In this document: one piece after another, positions 29,536 to 39,462 of the stretch
How positions within the stretch are numbered: position 1 is the stretch's first letter
How the letters are laid out: each line of letters starts with the position of its first letter
Assembly: GCA_044224875.1 (NCBI GenBank)
Contig: JBGAJQ010000001.1
Coordinates: 96,001 to 160,000 of the forward strand
From: Gemmatimonadaceae bacterium
GTDB lineage: Bacteria; Gemmatimonadota; Gemmatimonadetes; Gemmatimonadales; Gemmatimonadaceae
Reading direction: 5' to 3'
Length of the DNA stretch: 64,000 nucleotides
Program-made: the position numbers and the translations under genes
Notes under the pieces: generated by a model
The model's database searches: none
The model's input: the letters and a program-made list of their open reading frames with translations, nothing else
Told to the model about the DNA's origin: nothing

Positions 29536-30948
29536 ATGCCCCATCGTTACTGGACGACACGTACGGTGCAGCTGGCGACGATCGCCCTGGTCTGCCTGGC
29601 GCCGGTCGTGGGGCGCGCACAGGATCGGGCTTCGGACCGGCGACGTACCCTGTCGCCGACGCAAACTACGACCGACGATCCCAGGCGCATCCCAATTCCC
29701 TCCACACCGCGCGGGCCCGATGGCATGCTGGTGCTGCGTGGCGGACGCGTCTTCGATGGCACCGGCGCGGCCGCGCGGCCGGGTACCGTGGTCATCAGCC
29801 GCAACAAGGTCGACCGCATCCTCGCTCCCGGTGCCACCGACTGGCCCAAGGACGCCAAGGTGGTGGACGTGCCGGGCATGACGGTGATGCCGGGGCTGAT
29901 CGACATGCACACGCACCTGACCTATGTGGATCCTCCCGGAAAGATGGCGGTGGCATCCGAAGACCCGGAAGTCACGCTGCGCGCCGTCGAGCGGCTGCGG
30001 TTCTTCATCGAGAGCGGCATTACCAGCGTGAAGGATGTGTCATCCGATGGCGATGTCACGTTTCGCCTGAAGGATTGGGTCAACGAGAACCGCGTGGTGG
30101 GGCCGAGGGTCTTCCCTGTCGGCCAGCTGATCACGTCGATCGGTGGGCACGGCGCGGAAGGGGAGAGTGACCTGGTGAAGGGACGCGCGATTCGCGTGGC
30201 GTCTGGCCCGGTGGAGTGGCGCGCGGCCGTACGCGACATGTTCAACCGAGGCGCCGATGCCATCAAGGTGGCGAGTCACTTCAGCAGGGACGAGGTCCGA
30301 GCCGCCGTGGAGGAAGCGCACGCGTTAGGCCTCAAGGTCACGTGTGACTGCGAGAATTTCTATATCCAGTGGGCCGTGGAAGCAGGGGTCGACATGATCG
30401 AGCACCCCTTGCCTCGAACCGACGAGACGATTGCCCTCATGGCGCAGCGCGGTGTGGAAGCGGATCCGACGGTGTACATCTATACGATCCTGTTCGCCAA
30501 CAGCGGTGGCGGCTATTTCGGTTCAACCTCGCGGCGCTTCATGTTCAATGACAGCCTCAATTTCGGCGTCATGCAACGGATGAGGCGCGCCGGCATCAAG
30601 ATGGGTGTTGGAACGGACCTGGTCGTCGACTGGTTCCGCTACTTGCCGGCGCCGTACATCAATGAGCTGAAGTACTTCGTCCAGGCGGGCTACACGGTCC
30701 CCGAGGCGCTGGTCGCCGCCACCAAGACGAACGCACAGATGCTCGACATGGACGACAAGTTGGGCACCTTGGAGCCGGGCAAGCTTGCCGACGTGCTCGT
30801 CGTGAATGGCCGGCCCGATGAGAACCTCGACGATCTGGCGAAGGTGCATACCGTGATTCGCGATGGATGGATCGTTGTGCAGAACGGACAGGTGCAGGTG
30901 GCACCGCACGTTCCACGCCCGGCGCCGGCGATCTGGAAGTCCAAGTGA
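29536..30948 (+). CDS. Secreted amidohydrolase (Xaa-Pro dipeptidase/imidazolonepropionase-like)
   Basis: GGAG RBS and signal peptide; PGLIDMHTHL, GADAIK, IEHP, GVGTD, GTLEPGKLADVLVV. Confidence 0.85.
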   Translation: MPHRYWTTRTVQLATIALVCLAPVVGRAQDRASDRRRTLSPTQTTTDDPRRIPIPSTPRGPDGMLVLRGGRVFDGTGAAARPGTVVISRNKVDRILAPGATDWPKDAKVVDVPGMTVMPGLIDMHTHLTYVDPPGKMAVASEDPEVTLRAVERLRFFIESGITSVKDVSSDGDVTFRLKDWVNENRVVGPRVFPVGQLITSIGGHGAEGESDLVKGRAIRVASGPVEWRAAVRDMFNRGADAIKVASHFSRDEVRAAVEEAHALGLKVTCDCENFYIQWAVEAGVDMIEHPLPRTDETIALMAQRGVEADPTVYIYTILFANSGGGYFGSTSRRFMFNDSLNFGVMQRMRRAGIKMGVGTDLVVDWFRYLPAPYINELKYFVQAGYTVPEALVAATKTNAQMLDMDDKLGTLEPGKLADVLVVNGRPDENLDDLAKVHTVIRDGWIVVQNGQVQVAPHVPRPAPAIWKSK

Positions 30949-31056
30949 GTGTTGTGGTTCAACTAGTGTTACCCGTCAGCTATAACACGGTCGCCGTTGG
31001 CAGGTGTCGACCGGTCGGTCCCCTACCTGTGCTGGCTCATCAACATGCCTTTTGAC

Positions 31057-32784
31057 ATGACCCAACTTCGCCGGCCGACGCGCGCCTCCCGCGCCGCGGG
31101 GACGTTCCTCTTCTCGATCAGCCTCGTGGCGGCCTGTTCTCGCGCAACGCCAAAGACCTCGCCCACGCCGTCGATGGTCGGGCAAGGGGCAAAAGAAGCC
31201 ACCGATGCAGGGGCCCGCACCGGTCGCCCCGAATACGATGTGGTGATTCGGAACGGACGTGTCATCGATGGTTCGGGGAATCCATGGATCAACGCCGACG
31301 TCGCGATCCGGGACGGTCGGTTCGTCGCCATCGGCAAGATCCGTGGCCGGGGCGAGCGGGAAATTGACGCGCGAGGCCTCTACGTCACGCCTGGCTGGAT
31401 CGACATGATGGATCAATCGGGCGCAGTGCTGCTCAAGAACGGCCAGGCAGAGTCGAAGCTGCTGCAGGGCGTCACCACGACGATCGCCGGTGAAGGCGGC
31501 TTCCCCGTGCCCGCGAGCGGCATCGAGAAGTACTTCCAGACGTTGGAGAAGCAGGGCATCAGCATCAACTTCGGTTCGTACTATAGCGAAACGCAGGCCC
31601 GGGTTGGGGTGCTCGGCATGAGTGCGCGCAAGCCGAATGGCGAAGAGCTGGATCGCATGAAGGCCAGCATGGATACGGCCATGCGCGCTGGGGCCATGGG
31701 GATGACGACGGCGTTGATCTATCCCCCGAGTTCGTACGCGACGACGGATGAGCTGGCGGCCGTCGCGTCTGTGGCAGCGAAGTACGGGGGACTGTATGCG
31801 TCGCACATGCGCGGCGAAGGTGCGGAGGTCGTGCAATCCGTGCGCGAGCTGATCGAGATCAGCGAGAAAGGCGGCCTTCCTGGGGAAATCTTCCACCTCA
31901 AGGCGGCGTACAAACCCGGATGGGGGGTGCTGATGGACAGTGTGCGGCAGGTGGTTGAAGCTGCACGCGCCCGTGGTCTGGAGATCGCGGCGGATATGTA
32001 TGTCTACACGGCGGGCGGCACCGGGCTGGAGGCGACGATCCCCAGCTGGGCCTTCGAAGGTGGCGAGGACTCGCTGCGCTCGCGCCTCACCAACGCCGTG
32101 ACGCGTGAGAAGTTGAAGCTGGAAATCAAGTCCGGGTCGCCCGGATGGTGGAATATCATCGAGGCGGCCGGTGGCTGGGACGGCGTGGTGTTGGCGAACG
32201 CACGCAGCGACGAATACGTGAGATTCAACGGCAAGTCGATCACCCAGATCGCGCGGGAACTTGGAAAGAGCGAACCCGACGCGGCGTGGGACATTGTGCT
32301 GGCCGGAAAGGGTCGAGTCACGGCGATCTACCATATGATGAGCGAGCAGGACCTCGAAAAGGCCCTGACCTTCCCCTGGACGAGCATTGGTTCCGATGCC
32401 GGCGCAGCGCTGAGCTTGAGCGGGGGTGATGACATAGGCCTCCCCCATCCACGCGCGTACGGCAACCATCCGCGCGTGATCGCGCGCTACGTGCGCGAGC
32501 GGCACGTGATCTCGTTGGAGGAAGCGATCCGCAAGATGACGTCGTGGCCCTCCACTCGCATGCGCCTCGCGAACCGCGGCACGATCAAGGACGGGAACTG
32601 GGCGGACGTCGTCATCTTCGACTACAACACCATCCAGGATCGCAGCACGTACGAGCACCCGATTGAGCTGCCGGCAGGGATCCAGTATGTCCTGGTGAAT
32701 GGCGTCCTGACCGTGGAGAAGGGCACACACACCAAGGCGCGTGCTGGCAAGGTCCTTTACGGACCCGGCAAGGCCGGCAGGTAA
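31057..32784 (+). CDS. N-acyl-D-amino-acid deacylase family lipoprotein (divergent metal motif)
   Basis: Lipobox VAAC; PGWIDMMDQS, SHMRGE, IFHLK, GSDAG, HPRAYGNHPR. Alternative start at 31045. Confidence 0.88.
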   Translation: MTQLRRPTRASRAAGTFLFSISLVAACSRATPKTSPTPSMVGQGAKEATDAGARTGRPEYDVVIRNGRVIDGSGNPWINADVAIRDGRFVAIGKIRGRGEREIDARGLYVTPGWIDMMDQSGAVLLKNGQAESKLLQGVTTTIAGEGGFPVPASGIEKYFQTLEKQGISINFGSYYSETQARVGVLGMSARKPNGEELDRMKASMDTAMRAGAMGMTTALIYPPSSYATTDELAAVASVAAKYGGLYASHMRGEGAEVVQSVRELIEISEKGGLPGEIFHLKAAYKPGWGVLMDSVRQVVEAARARGLEIAADMYVYTAGGTGLEATIPSWAFEGGEDSLRSRLTNAVTREKLKLEIKSGSPGWWNIIEAAGGWDGVVLANARSDEYVRFNGKSITQIARELGKSEPDAAWDIVLAGKGRVTAIYHMMSEQDLEKALTFPWTSIGSDAGAALSLSGGDDIGLPHPRAYGNHPRVIARYVRERHVISLEEAIRKMTSWPSTRMRLANRGTIKDGNWADVVIFDYNTIQDRSTYEHPIELPAGIQYVLVNGVLTVEKGTHTKARAGKVLYGPGKAGR

Positions 32785-32931
32785 CGGTACCCTCAGCCTA
32801 CGGGAAGAGCCGGCAGACTCACTCCAGCTGTTCGTGATCGGGAAACGTCCACGTCCCGAAGGACGCAGCGACGGGTGTGACCACGAGCAGCCTTCGTCAC
32901 GGCAGACAGTCAGCTCGTGCCGGCCGGGTCG

Positions 32932-33918
32932 CTAAGCGAAGAGTCCGACTTGACCGCCGGTGTGCCAGAACATCACGCTGCTTCCGTCACGGAACTGGCC
33001 CGCACGCGCATAGGCAATGAGCGCCGACAGGGCCTTGGCTGTGTACCAGTGGTCGACAAAAACCGCCTCGTGCCGGGCCGCCAGCCGCTGCGCTTCGCGC
33101 GATCCTTCTGTTGGAATTCCGTAGCCTTCCCCGACAAAGCTCGCGTCCGCCTCGAATCGTTCCGCGGCACCGAGGGCGCCAGCCGGCAGCTCCAACAACT
33201 CCTCGATGTCGGTACATATCCCCAGTACTTCGGCGCGGATGGCCTCCACCGAGTCGTCCGCACTGATCCCAACGACGCGAGCCCCGACTTCGTACAGCGC
33301 GCACCCCGCCAACAACCCTGCTTGCGTGCCACCAGACGACGATGCGTGCATGATGACCTCCGGCACCGTCGCCTGCCGCACGATTTCACCGATCGCGCGC
33401 GCGAAGCCCAAGGCACCTAGCGCGTTGGAAGCGCCAAGCGGAATTACGTAGGGTACGCCCCCCTGCGCGCGTACTTCATCCGCCACTTGCTGCATCATGG
33501 GTTCGCGATCCTGCCGAGTGGCAACGTACCGCACGTCGGCGCCGAGCAGCTGCATCAAGAGCGCATTCCCGGTGGCGTGCTCCTGGGGCGCTCCGTTGGC
33601 CACGATGTGGCACGAAAGTCCCAAACGCGCCGCAGCAGACGCCGTGGCGCGACAGTGGTTGGACTGGACCCCACCACAGGTGATCAACGTCGTCGCGCCG
33701 CGGGCAAGCGCGTCGGCGCCAACTACGGTCAGCTTGCGAACCTTGTTGCCGCCAAATCCAAAGGGCAGTGCATCGTCGCGCTTAAGGAAAAGGCGAGAAC
33801 CCATGCCAATGGCATCGCGCAGCCGCACGGCGTCGTCGATCGGTGTCGGCAGGTGGCCAAGGCGAACCGTCGGCATCGCCTCCAGGCGCTCGCGGGCATT
33901 CTTGAGAGATTCGGACAC
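32932..33918 (-). CDS. D-cysteine desulfhydrase family PLP enzyme
   Basis: LKRDD..GGNKVRKL, QSNHCR, SSSGGTQAG, DHWYTAK, HTGG. GTG start is approximate. Confidence 0.88.
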   Translation of the reverse strand: MSESLKNARERLEAMPTVRLGHLPTPIDDAVRLRDAIGMGSRLFLKRDDALPFGFGGNKVRKLTVVGADALARGATTLITCGGVQSNHCRATASAAARLGLSCHIVANGAPQEHATGNALLMQLLGADVRYVATRQDREPMMQQVADEVRAQGGVPYVIPLGASNALGALGFARAIGEIVRQATVPEVIMHASSSGGTQAGLLAGCALYEVGARVVGISADDSVEAIRAEVLGICTDIEELLELPAGALGAAERFEADASFVGEGYGIPTEGSREAQRLAARHEAVFVDHWYTAKALSALIAYARAGQFRDGSSVMFWHTGGQVGLFA

Positions 33919-34289
33919 GACAGTGAGTGAGAGGGCGGAGTGACGTTCGTTTGAGGATATGGTCCCGCGCTGGTCACACCGCAAGACGCGGCAAGATGCA
34001 ATCGTGCCGCGCGAACCCACGGCGACGCATCCGACGCCGCGCCATCCAGGCCGTGAATTGTGGTTGAGTGATCTCGACCAGAACAATTCTCGCAACGGTC
34101 CTCCTCGGGGCTTCCCACGGCATGAGTCGCGCTACGCTCGTCAGGAGTCGTCGCAGCGCGCCAGCGCCTTCCCTTCCAAAGGCTCACCTCAACCAACCGG
34201 TGCGGCTTGTCGTGAACGCCTCCAGGACTCGCCGCGAAGTAAGTTTCTGCTCCGGCGCTGCTAGGCGACACACACGAGGACGCACGTGA

Positions 34290-34871
34290 ATGTTCGATCC
34301 CCCAGAAGACGAGGAAGCACTCGAGGCACTCTCCGAAACGTGGCAACGACCGGCGGGAATCTTCGTTATCGTCGAAGCAAAGGGGGCTGCTGGCGAACGT
34401 ATTCGTCACCTGCAACAGCAGTACGATCCCAAGTTGTCGATCACCAGCCCGCCACACATGACCCTGGTTGGATCGTCCGGGCTTGGGCCAATCGTGGGAG
34501 ATACATCCGAAGACGAGCTGCGCATGCGTCTCGCGCCCATCGCGCGCACCACCGCGCCATTCTCGCTCCCCTTCGGTCCCATTACGAAGTTCATGCAACG
34601 TCAGATCGTGGTCCTCCCCCTGTCCCCGCACGGAATTCTCAGGGAGCTGCATGACCGCATCGGCCGAAGTGGATTGGTCTTCAACCGAGCGCGCTTTGCC
34701 TTCACTCCGCACGTCACCGTGAACCTGTTCCGGACCCTTCCCAAGGAGGAACTGCGTGCGCTGCTGGCGGAACGCGTGACGGAACCGATGGTTGTCGACC
34801 ACCTGCGAATTTCCTTGACCGACGACCCCGCTCCAGCGCGAGACCTGTTCGAAATTCCCCTCACGGGGTAG
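34290..34871 (+). CDS. 2H phosphoesterase (2'-5' RNA ligase family)
   Basis: Two HxT motifs (PHMTL, PHVTV); GAGGA upstream of the start. Confidence 0.82.
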   Translation: MFDPPEDEEALEALSETWQRPAGIFVIVEAKGAAGERIRHLQQQYDPKLSITSPPHMTLVGSSGLGPIVGDTSEDELRMRLAPIARTTAPFSLPFGPITKFMQRQIVVLPLSPHGILRELHDRIGRSGLVFNRARFAFTPHVTVNLFRTLPKEELRALLAERVTEPMVVDHLRISLTDDPAPARDLFEIPLTG

Positions 34872-34964
34872 CCGCGCCAATCCACCGCCGGGCGCCGGAC
34901 GTAGCAGGTGTGAGGCACGACGGGCAGAAAGCCGTCGGGCATCCCCCTCACACTCGAGGAATCC

Positions 34965-36272
34965 GTGGCTCTCCGTCAACTGCTCGGCGCTTCCCTCTCG
35001 GTCGTCCTCACCGTTGCCGCCTGTGCACGCCCCGTGCACCGCGCCGACCGTGACACCGACCGACTGGTCGTAGCGCCCACGTCGGATCCCGACGTTCGCG
35101 ACAAGGACATAGCGTTCTACGAGAAGCGATTGGCAGAAGATCCCGCCAGTGCCATGGACCGCTCACGCCTCGCCTTGTTGTTCTTGGCGAGAGCGCGGGA
35201 GACTGGTAACACGCTGGACATCGAGCGCGCCGAAGCGCTGTGCGTGATGTCGTTGCAGCTGCGAGAGTCGCATAACAGTGGAACGTATAGCATCCTTGCC
35301 TCGGCGCGGCTGGCGAAACACGATTTTGTCGGCGCCAGAAAGGCCGCGGAACGCCTGCTCGCCAGCGACCCGGAGTCACCGCCGGCACGCGCCCTGTTGG
35401 GGGAGATCAGCCTCGAACTGGGGGATTATCAGGCAGCGCGGACCATCTTCACCACATTGGAAACGCGCAGTAACGAGCTGTCGGTCGCCTCTCGGCTCGT
35501 TCGATGGTACGAGCTGACGGGTCGACTGGATCTTGCCCGGAACCTCGCGCGCTACGTCGCGAAACGAGCGCTCGATGAGGGCAACTTGTCACGTGAACAA
35601 GTTGCTTGGTTCCAGATGCGCGTGGGAGACCTGGCGTTCAAGCGTGGGGATCTTGCCGCTGCGGACACGGCGTATCAGCGGGGGTTGACGATCTTTGCCG
35701 ATGACTACCGCATCCTCGCGGCGCAAGCGCGCGTGGCGGCTGCGCGACACGACTGGCGCACGGCGATCGCCAAGGGCGAGGCGGCGGTGCAGATACAATT
35801 GGATCCTGCGACCCTCGGGCTCCTGGCCGATTCGTGGCGCGCACTCGGCGATACCGCGCAGGCGGCATCCTATGAAAAGGCGATGACGACGAGTGCGCTC
35901 ACGCAGCCGGGAGCCATTCACCGAGCGTGGGGGCTCTACTTGCTGAATCACGGCCAGCGAGTTGGCGATGTGCTGAAGCGTGTCCGGCGCGAACTCGAAA
36001 CGCGCCACGATGTGTACGGATATGACCTCCTGGCCTGGGGCCTCCACGTGGAGGGAAAGGATGCGAAGGCGTGGACAGCGATGCAGCAGGCGCTCGCGCA
36101 GGGCACGGAAGACGCGCAGCTGGCGTATCACGCATCGGTGATTGCTCGCGCCCTTGGCGATGCGAGGGAGGCCGACCGGCTGCTGCACCAGGCGGTGGCG
36201 TGGAACCCGCACTACGCCGTGTCGCCGATCGTGGCCAGCGCAGAAGCGGCAGGCCAATCCAGGGGGCACTAG
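34965..36272 (+). CDS. TPR-repeat lipoprotein
   Basis: GAGGA RBS with GTG start; lipobox VAAC; helical TPR repeats; RHDVYGYDLLAW. Confidence 0.82.
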   Translation: MALRQLLGASLSVVLTVAACARPVHRADRDTDRLVVAPTSDPDVRDKDIAFYEKRLAEDPASAMDRSRLALLFLARARETGNTLDIERAEALCVMSLQLRESHNSGTYSILASARLAKHDFVGARKAAERLLASDPESPPARALLGEISLELGDYQAARTIFTTLETRSNELSVASRLVRWYELTGRLDLARNLARYVAKRALDEGNLSREQVAWFQMRVGDLAFKRGDLAAADTAYQRGLTIFADDYRILAAQARVAAARHDWRTAIAKGEAAVQIQLDPATLGLLADSWRALGDTAQAASYEKAMTTSALTQPGAIHRAWGLYLLNHGQRVGDVLKRVRRELETRHDVYGYDLLAWGLHVEGKDAKAWTAMQQALAQGTEDAQLAYHASVIARALGDAREADRLLHQAVAWNPHYAVSPIVASAEAAGQSRGH

Positions 36273-36274
36273 CG

Positions 36275-36880
36275 ATGTCCGAATTTCTCACCTATGTGAC
36301 GTTAGGCTACCGTCACATCACCGACCCGAACGGCGCGGACCACATCCTCTTCCTCCTGGTGCTGGCCGCGATCTATCGGTTTCGCGATTGGCGTGGCGTC
36401 CTGGGAGTTGTTACGGCGTTCACGGTCGGCCACTCCCTGACGTTGGGGCTGGCGGTATCGGATTGGCTGCACTTGCCGACGCGTTTTGTGGAGTTTCTGA
36501 TACCGGTCACGATCATACTCACAGCAGTCGAGAACCTGCTCGTCCGCGAGCTTCCACGACATGGGTGGCGATCGCGGTATCGCCCGGTGTTTGCCGCAGT
36601 ATTCGGCTTGGTGCATGGTGCCGGGTTCGCCAACTACCTGCAAAGCCTCTTTGTCGAGCGAATTGCCGTTCCGCTCTTCGGGTTCAATGTGGGGATCGAG
36701 CTGGGTCAGCTGCTGGTGCTGGCAATGGCGTTCGTCGCATTCGCGATGGTCGATCTGGCGGCAGCGCGGTTGCGTGGCGTCTCCTGGACAGCGACTACCC
36801 CGCGCGTTCGAACGGTCATCGTCTCCGCTCTGGTCGCGGTTGTGGCGACACAGTGGGCAGTGGAGCGAGCCCCGTGGTAG
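36275..36880 (+). CDS. HupE/UreJ family membrane protein
   Basis: DHILFLL, TAFTVGHSLTL, FGLVHGAGFA, FNVGIELGQL. Confidence 0.9.
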   Translation: MSEFLTYVTLGYRHITDPNGADHILFLLVLAAIYRFRDWRGVLGVVTAFTVGHSLTLGLAVSDWLHLPTRFVEFLIPVTIILTAVENLLVRELPRHGWRSRYRPVFAAVFGLVHGAGFANYLQSLFVERIAVPLFGFNVGIELGQLLVLAMAFVAFAMVDLAAARLRGVSWTATTPRVRTVIVSALVAVVATQWAVERAPW

Positions 36881-36966
36881 GCGAGTCGTCGGATGGCCGG
36901 CGCAGTGGGGGCCGGGGGCGACGTCTTCGGCTCGGCGCGGCGTTGCGATCCCGGCGTGCGCGCGCC

Positions 36967-37434
36967 ATGCTGGCGACCTTCCTTATCTGTGGCCTTCCCG
37001 AGGCCGTACACGCCCACGCGATTCACTCGACATTGACCGAGATCAGCGTGAGTGCGGATGGGCGCGTGCTGGTGCGTGTGCGGGCGTTCGCAGACGATTT
37101 CAGTACCGCCGTCGCTCGACACGCGCGCATCGCGTCGGTCCCGGACCTTGTGGTGAGCGATGCGAACGCGGCGAAGTACGCGGAGGCCATGGTCTGGCTC
37201 AGCGACCGGAGCGGACATCGAATTCCGCTGACGTTCAAGTCACAGCGTCGGACGGCCGATGTCGTGTGGCTGGAACTCGAAGGCACGAGTGCGCCACTCG
37301 CCGGCGCGCACGTACGCAATGCCATGCTGTTCGAGGTCCATGCGGATCAGGTGAACATTGTGAAGGCGAGCTACGGGGGGACGGCCTTCACCACGCTCTT
37401 CTCATCAGGAGATCAAGCGAAGACCCTGCCGTAG
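36967..37434 (+). CDS. DUF6702-like secreted protein
   Basis: Signal peptide followed by AHAIHSTLTEI, FADDF, NAMLFEVHADQVNIV. Start uncertain (GTG at 36874 possible). Confidence 0.7.
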   Translation: MLATFLICGLPEAVHAHAIHSTLTEISVSADGRVLVRVRAFADDFSTAVARHARIASVPDLVVSDANAAKYAEAMVWLSDRSGHRIPLTFKSQRRTADVVWLELEGTSAPLAGAHVRNAMLFEVHADQVNIVKASYGGTAFTTLFSSGDQAKTLP

Positions 37435-37559
37435 GAGCCGCGCCATTCCACGACGCGTCGGCGCATCTGACGGTTGTTCTCATCGCCGGCGTCCTTCCGC
37501 CGAGTGCGTTCGAAGCGCATCGTTATCGCAACTCGATCGGCTGGAAGGGGGCGATACAC

Positions 37560-39428
37560 ATGCGGTTACTCTCATTGTTGGTGCTTGGGCTAGGCTCCAT
37601 GGCCGCTATCGGATGTGGTCCTTCCGCGCCCAAGGACGAAGGCCCGACGCGGACCGTTTCGGCAGGGCCAGCGAAGCTCACCTTCGCGGTGTCCGTCGAT
37701 GGCGCGGTGGCCTCGGCGCCGTTGGACGGCCGAGTTCTGGTGTTCATCGCGGCCGACGAAACGGGGAAGACCGCCCACTTCAGTTCCGATCCCGCAGGCA
37801 TTCGACTGAACCCGAAGATGCCGGAGCCGCGTTACCTCACCAGCGACTTCGATAACACGGCGCAGATCTTTGGCGTTGACGCGCAGCAGCTGGCCCCAGG
37901 TGGCGCCGCGGTCATCAACGCTGCGACGCTCGGGTATCCGCTCGAGCAGATGGGCGAGCTACCACCCGGCGACTACTGGATCCAAGGCCTGCTCCATGTC
38001 TATGAAACCTTCAAGCGAGCCGATGGCAAGACGGTGCAGCTGCCGATGGATCGTGGGGAGGGTCAGCAGTGGGCCACTGCGCCTGGGAACTTGTATAGCG
38101 ATCCCGTGAAGGTGCACTTGGACCCGGCGAGTGGCGACACCGTCAAGATTGTCCTGAACAAGAAGAACCCGCCGATCGAGCCGGCCAAGGACACCAAGTA
38201 CGTCAAGCACATCAAGCTCAAGAGCGAGCGACTCTCGAAGTTCTGGGGCCGCGACATGTATCTGGGCGCGATCGTCGTCCTTCCTGAGGGATACGACGAG
38301 CATCCCGATGCCCGATACCCCCTCGCCGTGTATCAGGGGCATTTTCAGCTGACGGTGAATGGCTGGAGCGAAACGCCGCCCTCGGCCTCCTTACCTGCCT
38401 ACAACCCGGACTCTGTGACGAAGTACTGTCCGAATGGCCATGAGGGAGCATGGTGCACCAAGGTCGGCTACGATCGCGTCCTCGCCGAGTACGACTACAA
38501 GTTCTTCAAGGAATGGACGTCTCCTGATTTCCCACGCGTGTTGATGCTGACGATCCAACACGCGAATCCGTACTATGACGACTCCTATGCCGTGAATAGC
38601 GAGAATGTGGGGCCGTACGGCGACGCGATCAATTACGAGCTGATTCCGTACGTGGAGAAGCAGTTCCGCGGGATAGGTGCTGGCTGGGCCCGCGCGTTGT
38701 ACGGCGGTTCGACCGGCGGATGGGAAGTCCTGGCCAGTCAGGTGTTCTATCCCGACACCTACAACGGCGCCTTCACGTCGTGTCCGGATCCCATCGACTT
38801 CCGCGGCTACACGACCGTGAATCTGTATGAAGACGAGAACGCGTACTGGTACGACGGCGGTCCCTTCCGACGCAGCGAACGCCCCGCCCACCGCGATTTC
38901 ATGGGGCACGTTCGCGCGACAACCCGTCAGGCCAACCTCCGCGAGTTGGTCCTCGGCACCAAGACGCGCAGCGGTGGGCAGTACGATGTGTGGGAGGCCG
39001 TGTTCTCGCCCGTGGGCGATGACGGCTACCCCAGGCGAATTTGGGACAAACGAACAGGCGTGATCGACTACGAGGTCGCGAATTACTGGAAGGAGCACTA
39101 CGACCTCGTGCACATCATGCAACGAGACTGGGCCAAGCTCGGTCCCAAGCTACGGGGCAAGATCGAGATCTATGCCGGCGCGCACGACAACATCTACCTG
39201 ACCAACGCCGTGTACTATGCGGACGACTTCCTGAGCAAGGTGAAGAATCCACCCGCAGACGCCAAGGTGGTATACGGTATAAAGAACGAACACTGCTTCA
39301 GCGGTGACACGACGGTCTCGAACGCATTTTCACGCCTAACGTATCACTCTCGTTTCATTCGCAAGATGCAGGAGCACTGGCTGAAGACCGCCCCGGCCGG
39401 AGCTGACACGGCCAGCTGGCGATATTAG
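37560..39428 (+). CDS. Alpha/beta-hydrolase (esterase family) lipoprotein
   Basis: Lipobox AIGC; LSKFWGRDMYL..VVLPEGY, DDSYAVNS, nucleophile motif GGSTGGW, GAHDN, EHC. Confidence 0.82.
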   Translation: MRLLSLLVLGLGSMAAIGCGPSAPKDEGPTRTVSAGPAKLTFAVSVDGAVASAPLDGRVLVFIAADETGKTAHFSSDPAGIRLNPKMPEPRYLTSDFDNTAQIFGVDAQQLAPGGAAVINAATLGYPLEQMGELPPGDYWIQGLLHVYETFKRADGKTVQLPMDRGEGQQWATAPGNLYSDPVKVHLDPASGDTVKIVLNKKNPPIEPAKDTKYVKHIKLKSERLSKFWGRDMYLGAIVVLPEGYDEHPDARYPLAVYQGHFQLTVNGWSETPPSASLPAYNPDSVTKYCPNGHEGAWCTKVGYDRVLAEYDYKFFKEWTSPDFPRVLMLTIQHANPYYDDSYAVNSENVGPYGDAINYELIPYVEKQFRGIGAGWARALYGGSTGGWEVLASQVFYPDTYNGAFTSCPDPIDFRGYTTVNLYEDENAYWYDGGPFRRSERPAHRDFMGHVRATTRQANLRELVLGTKTRSGGQYDVWEAVFSPVGDDGYPRRIWDKRTGVIDYEVANYWKEHYDLVHIMQRDWAKLGPKLRGKIEIYAGAHDNIYLTNAVYYADDFLSKVKNPPADAKVVYGIKNEHCFSGDTTVSNAFSRLTYHSRFIRKMQEHWLKTAPAGADTASWRY

Positions 39429-39436
39429 GAAGGTGC

Positions 39437-39462
39437 CGGGGCCCGGCGACCGCCGGGCCCCG
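39437..39462 (+). terminator. GC hairpin after esterase gene
   Basis: CGGGGCCCGGC-GACC-GCCGGGCCCCG: perfect 11-bp stem, 9 nt after the stop. No U-tract. Confidence 0.5.

Noticed and set aside
30976..32730. 584-aa antisense ORF
   Set aside because: Shadow of the D-aminoacylase gene. High GC makes stops rare and there are no recognisable motifs.
32932..33918. ACC deaminase
   Set aside because: It has YTAK and HTGG rather than the YEGK and HLGG residues diagnostic of ACC deaminase.
36561..37559. N-terminal third of the 955-aa ORF-track call
   Set aside because: Overlaps hupE and the DUF6702-like gene in other frames. The lipoprotein signal starts at 37560.
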